Assembly (NCBI GenBank): GCA_002269645.1
Contig: NIVC01003312.1
Coordinates: forward strand, 1-64,000
Reading direction: 5' to 3'
From: Macrostomum lignano
Taxonomy: Eukaryota
DNA: 64,000 nt
A model generated the notes under the pieces. It did no database searches and was not told where the DNA came from. It saw only the letters and a program-made list of their open reading frames with translations. Made by a program: the position numbers and the translations under genes. This document shows, piece after piece, positions 1-14,049 of the stretch (its first letter is position 1; each line of letters opens with the position of its first letter).

Positions 1-3000
1 GTCAGCAACCATCCAGTCAGGCAACGCATCTCAGTCAGCAAACATCCATCCAGTCAGCAACCATTCGTCGCAGTCAGCAGCCATCGTCAGCAACATCATC
101 CAGTCAGCAACCATCCAGTCAGCATCCGTCAGTCAGTGTCAGCAGCATCCAGTCAGCACCGTCCATCCAGTCAGCAACAATCCAGTCAGCAATCATCCAG
201 TCAGCAACCATCCAGTCACAACCATCCAGTCAGCAGTCATCCAGTCAGAACCATCCGTCCAGTCAGCAACCATCCGTCCAGTCAGCAATCATCCGTCCAG
301 TCAGCGACCATCCAGTCGGCAACCATCCAGTCACAACCATACGTCCAGTCAGCAACCATCCAGTCAGCAACCATCCAGTCAGCAACCATCCATCCATTCA
401 GCAACCATCCAGTCAGCAACCATCCAGTCAGCAACCATCCAGTCAGCAACCATTCGTCCAGCAACCATCCATCCAGTCAGCAACAATCCAGTCAGCAACC
501 ATCCAGTCAGCAAACATCCATCCAGTCAGCAACCATTCGTCCAGTCAGCATCCATCCAGTCAGCAACCATCCAGTCAGCAACCATCCAGTCAGCATCCGT
601 CCAGTCAGCAGCCATCCAGTCAGCAACCGTCCATCCAGTCAGCAACAATCCAGTCAGCAATCATCCAGTCAGCAACCATCCAGTCACAACCATCCAGTCA
701 GCAGTCATCCAGTCAGCAACCATCCGTCCAGTCAGCAACCATCCAGTCAGCAATCATCCGTCCAGTCAGCGACCATCCAGTCGGCAACCATCCAGTCACA
801 ACCATACGTCCAGTCAGCAACCATCCAGTCAGCAACCATCCAGTCAGCAACCATCCATCCATTCAGCAACCATCCAGTCAGCAACCATCCAGTCAGCAAC
901 CATCCAGTCAGCAAACCATTCGTCCAGCAACCATCCATCCAGTCAGCAACAATCCAGTCAGCAACCATCCAGTCAGCAACCATCCAGTCAGCAACCATCC
1001 GTCCAGTCAGCAACCATCCAGTCAGCAGCCATCCTGTCAGCAGCCATCCAGTCAGCAGCCATCCAGTCAGCAACCGTCCATCCAGTCAGCACCCATCCAG
1101 TCAACAACCATCCAGTCAGCGACCATCCAGTCAGCAACCATCCAGTCAGCAACCATCCAGTCAACAACAGTCCATCCAGTCAGCAAACATCCATCCAGTC
1201 AGCAACCATCCAGTCAACAACAGTCCATCCAGTCAGCAACCATCCATCCAGTCAGCAACAATCCAGTCACAACCATACATCCAGTCAGCAACCATCCAGT
1301 CAGCAACCATCCGTCCAGTCAGCAACCATCCAGTCAGCAGCCATCCTGTCAGCAGCCATCCAGTCAGCAGCCATCCAGTCAGCAACCGTCCATCCAGTCA
1401 GCACCCATCCAGTCAACAACCATCCAGTCAGCGACCATCCAGTCAGCAACCATCCAGTCAGCAACCATCCAGTCAGCAAACATCCATCCAGTCAGCAACC
1501 ATCCAGTCAACAACAGTCCATCAAGTCAGCAACCAATCATCCAGTCAGCAACAATCCAGTCAGCAACAATCCAGTCAGCAACAATCCAGTCACAACCATA
1601 CATCCAGTCAGCAACCATCCAGTCAGCAACCGTCCATCCAGTCAGCAACAATCCAGTCAGCAACAATCCAGTCAGCAACCGTCCATCCAGTCAGCAACTA
1701 TCCAGTCAGCAACCATCCATCCAGTCAGCAACCGTCCAGTCAACAACCATCCAGTCAGCGACCATCCAGTCAGCAACCATCCAGTCAGCAACCATCCAGT
1801 CAACAACAGTCCATCCAGTCAGCAACCATCCATCCAGTCAGCAACAATCCAGTCACAACCATACATCCAGTCAGCAACCATCCAGTCAGCAACCATCCGT
1901 CCAGTCAGCAACCATCCAGTCAGCAGCCATCCTGTCAGCAGCCATCCAGTCAGCAGCCATCCAGTCAGGAACAATCCAGTCAGCAACCATCCAGTCAGCA
2001 ACCATCCAGTCAGCAACCGTCCATCCAGTCAGCAACAATCCAGTCACAACCATCCGTCCAGTCAGCAACCATCCAGTCAGCAAACATCCATCCAGTCGGA
2101 AACCATCCAGGCAGCAACCATCTAGTCAGCAACCATCCATCGAGTCAGCAACCGTCCAGTCAGCAACCATCCAGTCAGCAGCCATCCTGTCAGCAGCCAT
2201 CCAGTCAGCAAACATTCATCCAGTCAGCAACCATCCATCCAGTCAGCACCCATCCAGTCAACAACCATCCAGTCAGCGACCATCCAGTCAGCAACCATCC
2301 AGTCAGCAACCATCCAGTCAGCAAACATCCATCCAGTCAGCAACCATCCAGTCAGCAAACATCCATCCAGTCAGCAACCATCCAGTCAACAACAGTCCAT
2401 CAAGTCAGCAACCAATCATCCAGTCAGCAACAATCCAGTCAGCAACAATCCAGTCAGCAACAATCCAGTCACAACCATACATCCAGTCAGCAACCATCCA
2501 GTCAGCAACCGTCCATCCAGTCAGCAACAATCCAGTCAGCAACAATCCAGTCAGCAACCGTCCATCCAGTCAGCAACTATCCAGTCAGCAACCATCCATC
2601 CAGTCAGCAACCGTCCAGTCAGCAACCATCCAGTCAGCAATCATCCATCCAGTCAGCAACCATCCAGTCAACAACCGTCCATCCAGTCAGCAACCATCCA
2701 GTCAACAACCATCCAGTCAGCGACCATCCAGTCAGCAACCATCCAGTCAGCAACCATCCAGTCAGCAACCATCCAGTCAGCAAACATCCATCCAGTCAGC
2801 AACCATCCAGTCAACAACAGTCCATCCAGTCAGCAACCATCCATCCAGTCAGCAACAATCCAGTCACAACCATACATCCAGTCAGCAACCATCCAGTCAG
2901 CAACCGTCCATCCAGTCAGCAACAATCCAGTCAGCAACAATCCAGTCACAACCATACATCCAGTCAGCAACCATCCAGTCAGCAACCGTCCATCCAGTCA

Positions 3001-4873
3001 GCAACAATCCAGTCAGGAACAATCCAGTCAGCAACCATCCAGTCAGCAACCATCCAGTCAGCAACCGTCCATCCAGTCAGCAACAATCCAGTCACAACCA
3101 TCCGTCCAGTCAGCAACCATCCAGTCAGCAAACATCCATCCAGTCGGAAACCATCCAGGCAGCAACCATCTAGTCAGCAACCATCCATCGAGTCAGCAAC
3201 CGTCCAGTCAGCAACCATCCTGTCAGCAGCCATCCTGTCAGCAGCCATCCAGTCAGCAAACATTCATCCAGTCAGCAACCATCCATCCAGTCAGCACCCA
3301 TCCAGTCAACAACCATCCAGTCAGCGACCATCCAGTCAGCAACCATCCAGTCAGCAACCATCCAGTCAGCAAACATCCATCCAGTCAGCAACCATCCAGT
3401 CAACAACAGTCCATCCAGTCAGCAACAATCCAGTCAGCAACAATCCAGTCACAACCATACATCCAGTCAGCAACCATCCAGTCAGCAGCCATCTAGTCAG
3501 CAGCCATCGAGTCAGCAGCCATCCAGTGAGCAACCGTCCATCCAGTTAGCAACCATCCAGTCAGCAACCATCCGTCCAGTCAGCAACCATCCAGTCAGCA
3601 GCCATCCTGTCAGCAGCCATCCAGTCAGCAGCCATCCAGTCAGCAACCATCCAGTCAGCAACCGTCCATCCAGTCAACAACCATCCAGTCAGCGACCATC
3701 CAGTCAGCAACCATCCAGTCAGCAACCATCCAGTCAGCAAACATCCATCCAGTCAGCAACCATCCAGTCAACAACAGTCTATCAAGTCAGCAACCAATCA
3801 TCCAGTCAGCAACAATCCAGTCAGCAACAATCCAGTCAGCAACAATCCAGTCACAACCATACATCCAGTCAGCAACCATCCAGTCAGCAACCGTCCATCC
3901 AGTCAGCAACAATCCAGTCAGCAACAATCCAGTCAGCAACCGTCCATCCAGTCAGCAACTATCCAGTCAGCAACCATCCATCCAGTCAGCAACCGTCCAG
4001 TCAGCAACCATCCAGTCAGCAATCATCCATCCAGTTAGCAACCATCCAGTCAGCAACCATCCGTCCAGTCAGCAACCATCCAGTCAGCAGCCATCCTGTC
4101 AGCAGCCATCCAGTCAGCAGCCATCCAGTCAGCAACCATCCAGTCAGCAACCATCCAGTCAGCAACCGTCCATCCAGTCAGCAACAATCCAGTCACAACC
4201 ATCCGTCCAGTCAGCAACCATCCAGTCAGCAAACATCCATCCAGTCGGAAACCATCCAGGCAGCAACCATCTAGTCAGCAACCATCCATCGAGTCAGCAA
4301 CCGTCCAGTCAGCAACCATCCAGTCAGCAGCCATCCTGTCAGCAGCCATCCAGTCAGCAAACATCCATCCAGTCAGCAACCATCCATCCAGTCAGCACCC
4401 ATCCAGTCAACAACCATCCAGTCAGCGACCATCCAGTCAGCAACCATCCAGTCAGCAACCATCCAGTCAGCAAACATCCATCCAGTCAGCAACCATCCAG
4501 TCAACAACAGTCCATCCAGTCAGCAACAATCCAGTCAGCAACAATCCAGTCACAACCATACATCCAGTCAGCAACCATCCAGTCAGCAGCCATCTAGTCA
4601 GCAGCCATCGAGTCAGCAGCCATCCAGTGAGCAACCGTCCATCCAGTTAGCAACCATCCAGTCAGCAACAATCCAGTCACAACCATACGTCCAGTCAGCA
4701 ACCATCCAGTCAGCAACCATCCGTCCAGTCAGCAACCATTCCAGTCAGCAACAATCCAGTCACAACCATACGTCCAGTCAGCAACCATCCAGTCAGCAAC
4801 CGTCCATCCAGTCAGCAACCATCCAGTCAGCAACAATCCAGTCACAACCATACGTCCAGTCAACAACCATCCA
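1..4873. repeat. Degenerate ~15-bp minisatellite (CAGTCAGCAACCATC) with higher-order blocks, truncated by window start
   Basis: Continuous CAGTCAGCAACCATC variants from 1 to ~4873, with an abrupt switch to AT-rich unique sequence after ...caaccatccaattatt. Confidence 0.97.
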
Positions 4874-6159
4874 ATTATTTACGATAAATTGCGTAATTTG
4901 CGTTGCAGTGGCTGCTGAATTCTCATAAGCAAAGCACTTAAAAAGCTAATGTCTGCTCGAGTTACAATTTAAATATTCTTTCCAAAAACGAACACTCTAT
5001 TGAGTGGGTACTGCGCGCATGTTTGCCGTTTGGCGGTTTTGATACAAATTTGCGAAACTATTATTGCGCGCAGCACCGCCCACAAAATGTGCAGTGAAAG
5101 TCCCTAAAAGTGTGAGTAGCATTGATTAACCTTTCACAGTGTAAAAAATTTACAGTGTAAAAAATGGTGTAAAGTTTCCATAAAAATATCTTTGTTTTTA
5201 ATTCTCATTGCACTGTGTGAGGTTAGTTAAATGCTCGACGCTTTTTGTTTTAGACACGGCAGTATTTTTCTCATATAATAGTTTACATATTTATTGATTA
5301 ATTCGTTTTTTCGGAGTTTTGAAAGCTGCTGTGCCTAATTATGGATTTAGCTAAATGATCAGGCTACCTAATGTTGGGTAACTTGTATCAAATGGCAAAG
5401 CATTTCACTGCAAAGTCGCATCCGGTGGTTTCACGTACCTGTGGGCGTTAAACTGTACATTTGAAATGCTGAATTTCTAGGAAAATCTCATTTCAAATTA
5501 CAGTGAACAGAATCGGAGCGGCGAAAATTTTTTTTAACTAATTTCGTTGTTAATTGCAAGATTATTTTTCGTAAGTCCAAATGTCCAAGATATTTATTAT
5601 GAGTATTATTTCTTGGACCTTAGTATATGATGTTAATTCATGTGTCTCAGTTTGATTTTTTGAGTCTATTTAATAGAACTTTGTGATTAAAAAATTAATG
5701 AATGGTAAATTATAATTAATTAGTCACATAGGACATATGTAACTAAAATACGTAGCATCTAAGTAGTTTACAATAGTTTAACATTTTTAGGGTTTTATGT
5801 GTTGCAAAACTGTACTCAAAGAAATCAAAAATAATTTCGAAATATTGAGCAATTAATGCACTTCGACCTGCTAAGGTGGCACACCTTCAATCTAGTTAAT
5901 CTGTACATGTATTGTTGTAACTCGCTCTAGAGTGAGTCTGCGCAGGTTTTTTTCTCTTCAGCTTTATTGTAATGTATAGCAACTCGTTCGGACGTACGTG
6001 CCTCTCATAGTTAACTGTGTGCCTATCTTAAGGATATATTTTTTAGGATTCTAAGCAAGCAAAACATTTTAATGTTAGATTTGTTTAGATTTGAGGATGG
6101 ATTAATAAGTTTGAGCAGTTTAAATTCTCTATATTTTTCAGCGTTGGGATGAAGGAAGT

Positions 6160-7015
6160 ATTGGGGACTGGGGAAGTATTGGGGACTGGGGAAGTATTGG
6201 GGATTGGGAAGTATTGGGGACTGGGGAAGTATTGGGGATTGGGGAAGTATTGGGGACTGGGGAAGTATTGGGGATTGGGGAAGTATTGGCGATTGGGGAA
6301 GTATTGGGGATTGGGGAAGTAATGGGGACTGGGGAAGTATTGGGGATTGGGGAAGTATTGGGGACTGGGGAAGTATTGGGGATTGGGGAAGTATTGGCGA
6401 TTGGGGAAGTATTGGGGATTGGGGAAGTAATGGGGACTGGGGAAGTATTGGGGATTGGGGAAGTATTGGGGATTGGGGAAGTATTGGGGATTGGGGAAGT
6501 ATTGGGGATTGGGGAAGTGTTAGGGATTGGGAAAGTATTTGGGATTGGGGATGTATTGGGGATTGGGGAAGTATTAGGGATTGGGGAAGTATTGGCAATT
6601 GGGGAAGTATTTGGGATTGGGGATGTATTGGGGATTGGGGAAGTATTTGGGATTGGGGAAGTGTTAGGGATTGGGAAAGTATTTGGGATTGGGGATGTAT
6701 TGGGGATTGGGGATGTATTAGGGATTGGGAAAGTGTTAGGGATTGGGAAAGTATTTGGGATTGGGGATGTATTGGGGATTGGGGATGTATTAGGGATTGG
6801 GGAAGTGTTAGGGATTGGGAAAGTATTTGGGATTGGGGATGTATTGGGGATTGGGGATGTATTAGGGATTGGGGAAGTGTTAGGGATTGGGAAAGTATTG
6901 GGGATTGGGGAAGTATTGGGGATTGGGGAAGTATTGTGGATTGGGGAAGTATTTGGGATTGGGGAAGTATTGGCAATTGGGGAAGTATTTGGGATTGGGG
7001 AAGTATTGGGACTGG
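6160..7015. repeat. 18-bp G-rich minisatellite (GGGGAAGTATTGGGGATT)
   Basis: Directly visible tandem units; explains the WGSIGD/GIGEVL/PQSPIL periodic ORFs. Confidence 0.96.
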
Positions 7016-7531
7016 GGAAGAATTGGGATCGAAAAAGTATTGAAATTATGGAATTTTTCTGTTTGACAAAGTTTGAAAGAACTTTTTTCTTTGTTTTTAA
7101 TTTGTAAACTCAACTTCTATCATTAGGCAGCTGAAATCAGAATGAGCACCTGCTTGTTCAGCTTAAAAGCTACAAACAAGCAGCTCTGCGACTTCATGAG
7201 AAGCATTTCCCGAGCTTATATGGGTCGATATAGGACAGTATCTGGGATTTTCCGAGCCTGTATTGAGGACAACTCCGTATGCTTCAGTGTGCGTGGAAGC
7301 TTCAAAACTTTTTGAGCCTCAGCCAATGCAGCGGGTCGCTCGTGGTCTGCCAGCTTGATTGACAGGGGCGCGTGCGCTTTGCAAAGGGCTCTAGGCTTGC
7401 TGGAGTTGGGGACCACCTCATCATCATACAGACAGCATGGCTAGTGAGTGGACTTAATCGTAAATGAGGGACTGACTAATTCTATTAGGAATTATAGGGG
7501 CTGGGAGAGCTGTAGCTTTCTGTTTCAATTA

Positions 7532-8589
7532 TGGACTTGGGATTTGGGACTTGGGATTTGGGACTTGGGATTTGGGACTTGAGATTTGGGACTTGGGATT
7601 TGGGACTTGGGATTTGGGACTTGAGATTTGGGACTTGAGATTTGGGACTTGGGATTTGGGACTTGGGATTTGGGACTTGGGATTTGGGACTTGGGATTTG
7701 GGACTTGGGATTTGGGACTTGGGATTTGGGACTTGGGATTTGGGACTTGGGATTTGGGACTTGGGATTTGGGACTTGGGATTTGGGACTTGGGACTTGGG
7801 ATTTGGGACTTGGGATTTGGGACTTGGGATTTGGGACTTGGGATTTGGGACTTGAGATTTGGGACTTGGGATTTGGGACTTGGGATTTGGGACTTGGGAT
7901 TTGGGACTTGGGATTTGGGACTTGGGATTTGGGACTTGGGATTTGGGACTTGGGATTTGGGATTTGGGACTTGGGATTTGGGACTTGGGATTTGGGACTT
8001 GGGATTTGGGACTTGGGATTTGGGACTTGGGATTTGGGACTTGGGATTTGGGACTTGGGATTTGGGACTTGGGATTTGGGACTTGGGATTTGGGACTTGG
8101 GATTTGGGACTTGGGATTTGGGACTTGGGATTTGGGACTTGGGATTTGGGACTTGGGATTTGGGACTTGGGATTTGGGACTTGGGATTTGGGACTTGGGA
8201 TTTGGGACTTGGGATTTGGGACTTGGGATTTGGGACTTGGGATTTGGGACTTGGGATTTGGGACTTGGGATTTGGGACTTGGGATTTGGGACTTGGGATT
8301 TGGGACTTGGGATTTGGGACTTGGGATTTGGGACTTGGGATTTGGGACTTGGGATTTGGGACTTGGGATTTGGGACTTGGGATTTGGGACTTGGGATTTG
8401 GGACTTGGGATTTGGGACTTGGGATTTGGGACTTGGGATTTGGGACTTGGGATTTGGGACTTGGGATTTGGGACTTGGGATTTGGGACTTGGGATTTGGG
8501 ACTTGGGATTTGGGACTTGGGATTTGGGACTTGGGATTTGGGACTTGGGATTTGGGACTTGGGATTTGGGACTTGGGATTTGGGACTTG
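7532..8589. repeat. 14-bp minisatellite (GGGACTTGGGATTT)n
   Basis: Near-perfect tandem array of two alternating 7-mers. Confidence 0.97.
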
Positions 8590-9589
8590 TGAGTTGAGAT
8601 TATTTTGTTCGATTTTAAGCTAATTTCGAATCTATTTTTAGTTCATTTATTTAGGATGAGGGGCAAATACTTTACAGTAAATCCTTTTCATTCACAATAC
8701 GAGTGTTGACAAAAAGACAAAAAATAATTTAAAACTGAAATCAGGAACACAAGTTATCTTACCTATAGATGAGTCAGAACTATCAATAGCTTTCGCCTGT
8801 CATCAGAATCCTCACATCTCTTCATCTTTTTTTGCATCCCGAAGCCCCCAGCTCCCTAAAATAGTGCGGCGCAGCTCAAAGGGAATCTGCAGCCTCCAGA
8901 GGCTGATTTTGCTGAATTGAAGAAATACGGAAACAGAAGCAGAAGTGAAGAGACGCGACCGGCCGCTTTGTTGCCATCCAGTGGAATAATCCGGCAATGA
9001 GCGGAGCTGAATAAGTGGCCATTGCTCAGCGTCTGTCCTTCATCTGTCTGTCTGAAAATTTCAAGTAGGCAGGCAGGCATAATAGGGGTACCGCACACAA
9101 GGACCTGCCACTCCATGCAGTGAGTCGTCTGCTTTTGGGATGGGTGGATGAGCCGTCTTTAACAGCCGGCTCTGCAACAATTTGTAGCGAGACTGCGGCT
9201 GCAGCTCCCGCGGCTCTCATTAAAGTGGCCAAGCCGCTCGTGAGGATGGGTGATGAGGCGGATTGCATCTCATGCGTAGCTTTAGCTTAGCACTGCATTT
9301 TGGGTCAGAGGCAAACACTCAAATTTCTGCAAACACTCGCTGAACAAAATAAACAGATATCTGTGCTCTGAATGGGGAGCAGTTGAGGAGTGGGATGGCA
9401 GAGACAGACTGGGAGAAATTAAATGTATCCCCTCTGCTTATTTATGATATTTATTTGCGATTTCGTTTGATGGGGGACCAAGTTGCTTCACCACCTATCT
9501 CTAATTATTGTTCCCTTTATTCTTTCACCGTTCTTTCAGCAGTTTCAATTGGAGGGGCCGCAACCCTAAGGGATGACAATATTAGATGT

Positions 9590-10106
9590 CTTGGTAAGGC
9601 GCCCCTGTCCTAGTCGGCGGCCCCTGTCTCTTGGTGGGCGCCCCTGTCTCTTGGTGGGCGCCCCTGTCTCTTGGTGGGCGCCCCTGTCTCTTGGTGGGCG
9701 CCCCTGTCTCTTGGTGGGCGCCCCTGTCTCTTGGTGGGCGCCCCTGTCTCTTGGTGGGCGCCCCTGTCTCTTGGTGGGCGCCCCTGTCTCTTGGTGGGCG
9801 CCCCTGTCTCTTGGTGGGCGCCCCTGTCTTTTGGTGGGCGCCCCTGTCTCTTGGTGGGCGCCCCTGTCTCTTGGTGGGCGCCCCTGTCTCTTGGTGGGCG
9901 CTCCTGTCTCTTGATTAGCGCCCCTGTCTCTTGGTTAGCGCCCCTGTCTCTTGGTGGGCGCCCCTGTCTTTTGGTGGGCGCCCCTGTCTCTTGATTAGCG
10001 CCCCTGTCTCTTGGTGGGCGCCCCTGTCTCTTGGTGGGCGCCCCTGTCTCTTGGTGGGCGCCCCTGTCTCTTGGTGGGCGCCCCTGTCTCTTAGTAGTCG
10101 TCCCTG
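9590..10106. repeat. 20-bp minisatellite (GGGCGCCCCTGTCTCTTGGT)n
   Basis: About 25 tandem units; same family as 14050-14788. Confidence 0.96.
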
Positions 10107-12327
10107 TCTGTAGGTGGGTGGCCTCCGAGATTTTATACTTATAACTAATAGAATTTAGTTTCGTTTAACCCGACAATCAATTTTCTAAATTGGAATAAAA
10201 ATTCTTAAAAATTTACGATCTCCCCGCCAAGACTGGCCTCACCCCACCCCCTAAAAGACTTTGAACTGATGGTTATCAGTTATTTGCCAAAGTTGTCCTG
10301 CTATCTATGGCAAAAGCTCTCAGCTATACTGCTCCCAACCCCAACCAAGATGTGACCAGTTGATCTGTCAAGCTTGTAAATCACCAATCTAGAAAGCTCG
10401 TGAGCAAATCAATTGACCTGACAATGCCCCGAATCGAAGCTAAGGTCGATGACAGGCTTCATAGGATGACAGGGCAATGAATGGGTCCAGGATTCTTAGG
10501 GATAGATATATATATATATAATATTTTTTCTAAATCTTTTTCACAATGCAAGTTTAATAGTGTGTGTCTCGCAGATTTGAGAGAGACCAGCTCCCCCCCC
10601 TATGAGGGCACTGTTGTTGAGCCCTGAGGCTATCAATCAGACCCCCCCCCCTATAATATTATGGCTCTAAGGTATAAGGGTTGTGAGCTGGGATTTCGAT
10701 TTGACAGCTTGTATAGAGAATTCACATACAGGACACCCCTCAATTCCCTCATATTTATATGCCTAGACAGGCTAAAACCACTAAGCAACTATATACGAAC
10801 TAAGCTGTATTCATAATGTTAATTATTTCTCCATCAAATATTGTTCAAGGCGTTCGGAACAAATAACTGAAACACAAAATCTCTATGAAAAGAATTTAAG
10901 CTTTGGTTTACAGGTATTGATGGGGCATATTGTCATTTTGATGGAGAATAGGGGATGTTGGAGATGTAGGAGATGTATAGGATTCTTTGTTGCAAATGTA
11001 CTCCAACAAAGAATTTCTATAATATGACGGCCCTGTTGCTTGGGTAACCATGGACATCGAACTCCTAAATCCATATACTAATGGATTAGAAACCCATCTG
11101 ACTTCTATTTCTGAAAATCTGTGTTACACTACCTTAAGAGCTTAGTGGAAATAAATATGATATATTCCATATGGGGACTTGTATTACGAGCGTATGTCCT
11201 GTGTCAATCATAAAAAGCAATTGTCGCAGACCAGCAAGAAATCGTCCCGAAGTCTGTCTTCCTTCTCAGTGAGTCTCTCCGGCCGTCCCTTCAACAGTCT
11301 TCCCGTATTCGGGAGAACTTTTTTCTCCCACCACCACTCTTGGCAGCAGATCCTCCGGCTTCTCACGCGCTGGAGCCGCCTGCAACTCTTGACTGAGCCC
11401 CCCCCCCCATATAAAGCTGCATGTAGAGTTCATCTTTCTTTTTTCTCTGCGCGGAATCCCCCCCCCCCCCTGCTAGGCTATGAGCTCCGCCCCGGTGTCA
11501 TGGAACCCATGCGGAAGGGGTGCCCGATAGTAGCTTCATCAGGAGCCTCCCTCCCGCAGCGGGTCTCATTAGCGGCTCTGTGAGTTCCCTGCGCAGCAAG
11601 TGTTCAACTGTGAAACAGAGACTGCAGGGAAGGAACCGAGGAAGCTGGCAGTCGATAACAATTTCAGTCCCCGCGCTTCCTTGAGTTGGCTTTTTCTTCT
11701 GGTCTGAGGAACTTGAGTAAGGAAGCAGCGCGATGGCCGAGTCTATAAAAAAACCACTCGCATGACTTGGGGGTTGCTAATTAAGTTCTGCAGGTTAGAA
11801 GCTGGGAGTTGGAGGGGCAAGTCAGGTTTTTTTATTGTTCGATACCTGCTTGAGGCCTAATTAAATGAAGATTTCTTGCCGTTGCGGCGGAGCAGGGGAA
11901 AAAACTGATTTCTGCAGAGAATTTAAGTTGGGGAGAAGTTGCGGTCCGATGGGCTTGCGAGTCGACTTCCCCGAGGAGTCAGTTTTTTCAAATTTAACGG
12001 AATTTCTCAGAATTGGAATTACGCCCCCCTTCATGAACAAAAAACTTGAATGTTGCGAGAGTGAGTCCTGAAACACCATAGAAAATAGATGCGAAATGAA
12101 AAAACAAAACTGTTTAAATTTTTGTTGTGTCAGCCGGATTCTGGTTTTAATCCTGCAGTGTATCCGGTCCGGGAGCTTTGGATTTACATTTTTGATGCGA
12201 ATTAAAAATCTAGCTCAGCCATTCTTTTATTTAATTAGACTCTGAATTTAGATCTGACGTAGATCTACTATAGATACGAGTTAGATCTTACTTAAACTTG
12301 ATTTGAATTTGTTTAAATAGACCCGGT

Positions 12328-12697
12328 TTATTTAGAGGCAAAGGGTTGCTGTGTGCACCCTGGCGCACTTTAAGCGACATTGTCACACAACCGGCGAGAG
12401 GCATTGCTGCCCATTCCGCCGACTCCCCTGAGCAGGCACACAAGCGCGCGGACACGTACGCAGTCACACGCACAGGCACACACTCACACAGGAGTGTACA
12501 GCGGCCCTAACTTTATTTATCGTTAGGCATTTACACTTCACTGTGTCTTGGGGTTAGCCGTCAAGGCCGTTAATTGCACGAGCAGAGCCAAGCTGAGATT
12601 CCAGTTCAGCCCCAAATTAATGCGACTGCACTTGGAATCGAGCCTGGGCCGCTGGCACATCAGAGCGCCGCACTGGACCACTGGGCTACGGCCTCCC
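12328..12697 (-). mobile_element. tRNA-derived SINE family 1, copy a
   Basis: The reverse complement begins GGGAGGCCGTAGCCCAGTGGTCCAGTGCGG...AGGCTCGATTCCA (Pol III A-box TAGCCCAGTGG, B-box GGCTCGATTCC). A highly similar copy lies at 40015-40373 and a diverged partial copy at 61268-61420. Confidence 0.85.
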
Positions 12698-14049
12698 AAA
12701 TAGACACGGTTTGTTCAGATTTCGCGGAATGGGCAGAATGGTGCCCACAGCCCCCCCCCCTTGAAATCCCTTGAAATTACTAATAATATATATTATTTAT
12801 TGTTATTATAGCCTGAAAACTCATTCTGATCCGACGCAGTGACTCACATTGGTAGCAATGAATTCTAGCGATTCTGTGCTCTATACAGCATCAAGTCAAG
12901 AAGGATTTGCAAATAATTCTTCTCAGAGAGAGCAGCACGGATGCAGTAGAGAAGCTGGGTATGAAAAAAAGATTGTCTCCATCTCTGAACGCTCAGGACG
13001 TGCCTCGGTCAGCGTTGGCAACGTCAAAACTTATGCTCCGGGGAGGGGAATTGGGAAGAAAATATTAGGGCTGGGGGGTTGGCCTGCATGGCAAAGAGTA
13101 GTCGAAGGTGAAAATGGGAAAAATGATGCGGCGTTGAGAAGGAAGAGGGGACAGTTTTTTCGGTCAGTTTTTTCATTCATTTTTCTTTTTTCTGTTCGTG
13201 GCATTGTGTTGTTGCGGCCGCGACTCGTGCGATGGGAGGGGAGGAGAGGACGTGAGCGGGGAGGGGGCGGAATTCGTTGGACAAATTGGGAGCAGACGGG
13301 TCGTGGAGGGAATCCGAGCGAGCTAAGAGGGGGGGGGTTTAAGGATGAAAAAACATCAACGAGCATTTTTTATGGAGCAGCGCGAGGCCGCTCCTCCCCC
13401 ATCTCCCTCTCCCTGCTCAGGGCCGAACGAGAATCCCTCTTTTACGAAAGTTTTTTTCCGCTCGATCCGCGGCGCCATAGCGGGCAATTAGGCAACTGGG
13501 GGGGGGGGGGGCGCGCACGTGATGCCAAGGCTAAATGCGAGGCGGAGGCCCCTTAATTATTAGAGCTGGCCGTGCGGGATTCGGAGGATAGAAAAAACAT
13601 ATTAGAGCCGATGGGTAGCTATATAATATTGCCGTTCCCACTTGCTCGTCACCCATCTCATTCATTTGCATTATAAAGTGTGGAGCTCGGTTTGGAATAT
13701 TAAAAAAAAGCTCAAATCCTGCTCGACTATAAGCCTGGAGTCCCCAGGTGTCTCCCCCGCCCAGGTGAGGGGACCGGGGGCGATTGTTAACATGGCGACT
13801 GGAGCAATTCGTAGTTTATTTAGGGTTGCGATAATTATAATTTACATAATAAACTGGTGCTGCATACTACTGACTGACATTTCACATGGTAGTATAGTTG
13901 GGACCAGTTTCGAAACTTTGTTAAATAGTTGTTACTGATGAACAAATCCAGGGAAAATGACCTCAATGACCTCCCTAGGATGCAGCTGAAATGGCGTAGT
14001 ACGCAGTAATTTATTGGAGGGACCGCAACACAAAGGGCACCAATATTCG

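Noticed and set aside
136-3549. 1137-aa Ser/Gln-rich ORF that could look like an adhesive or structural repeat protein
   Set aside because: It lies wholly within a minisatellite whose strand rarely forms stop codons. It has a GTG start, no signal peptide and no unique domain, and its translation drifts among the three repeat phases.
7100-7480. Short ORFs in a unique island, and a similar island at 8800-9300
   Set aside because: No recognisable domain or consistent splice and phase support, so not reported as genes.
6023-8623. Long periodic ORFs (PQSPIL, WGSIGD, GIGEVL, WDLGFGT)
   Set aside because: Several overlapping frames are open simultaneously, which indicates translation of tandem repeats.
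10110-12260. GC-patchy region with poly-C/G runs and short ORFs, possibly a decayed mobile element
   Set aside because: No terminal repeats or protein motifs could be identified by eye.
12630-12697. Possible tRNA genes (also 39540-39600)
   Set aside because: The tRNA-like heads lack an intact cloverleaf and continue into shared SINE bodies found in several copies.
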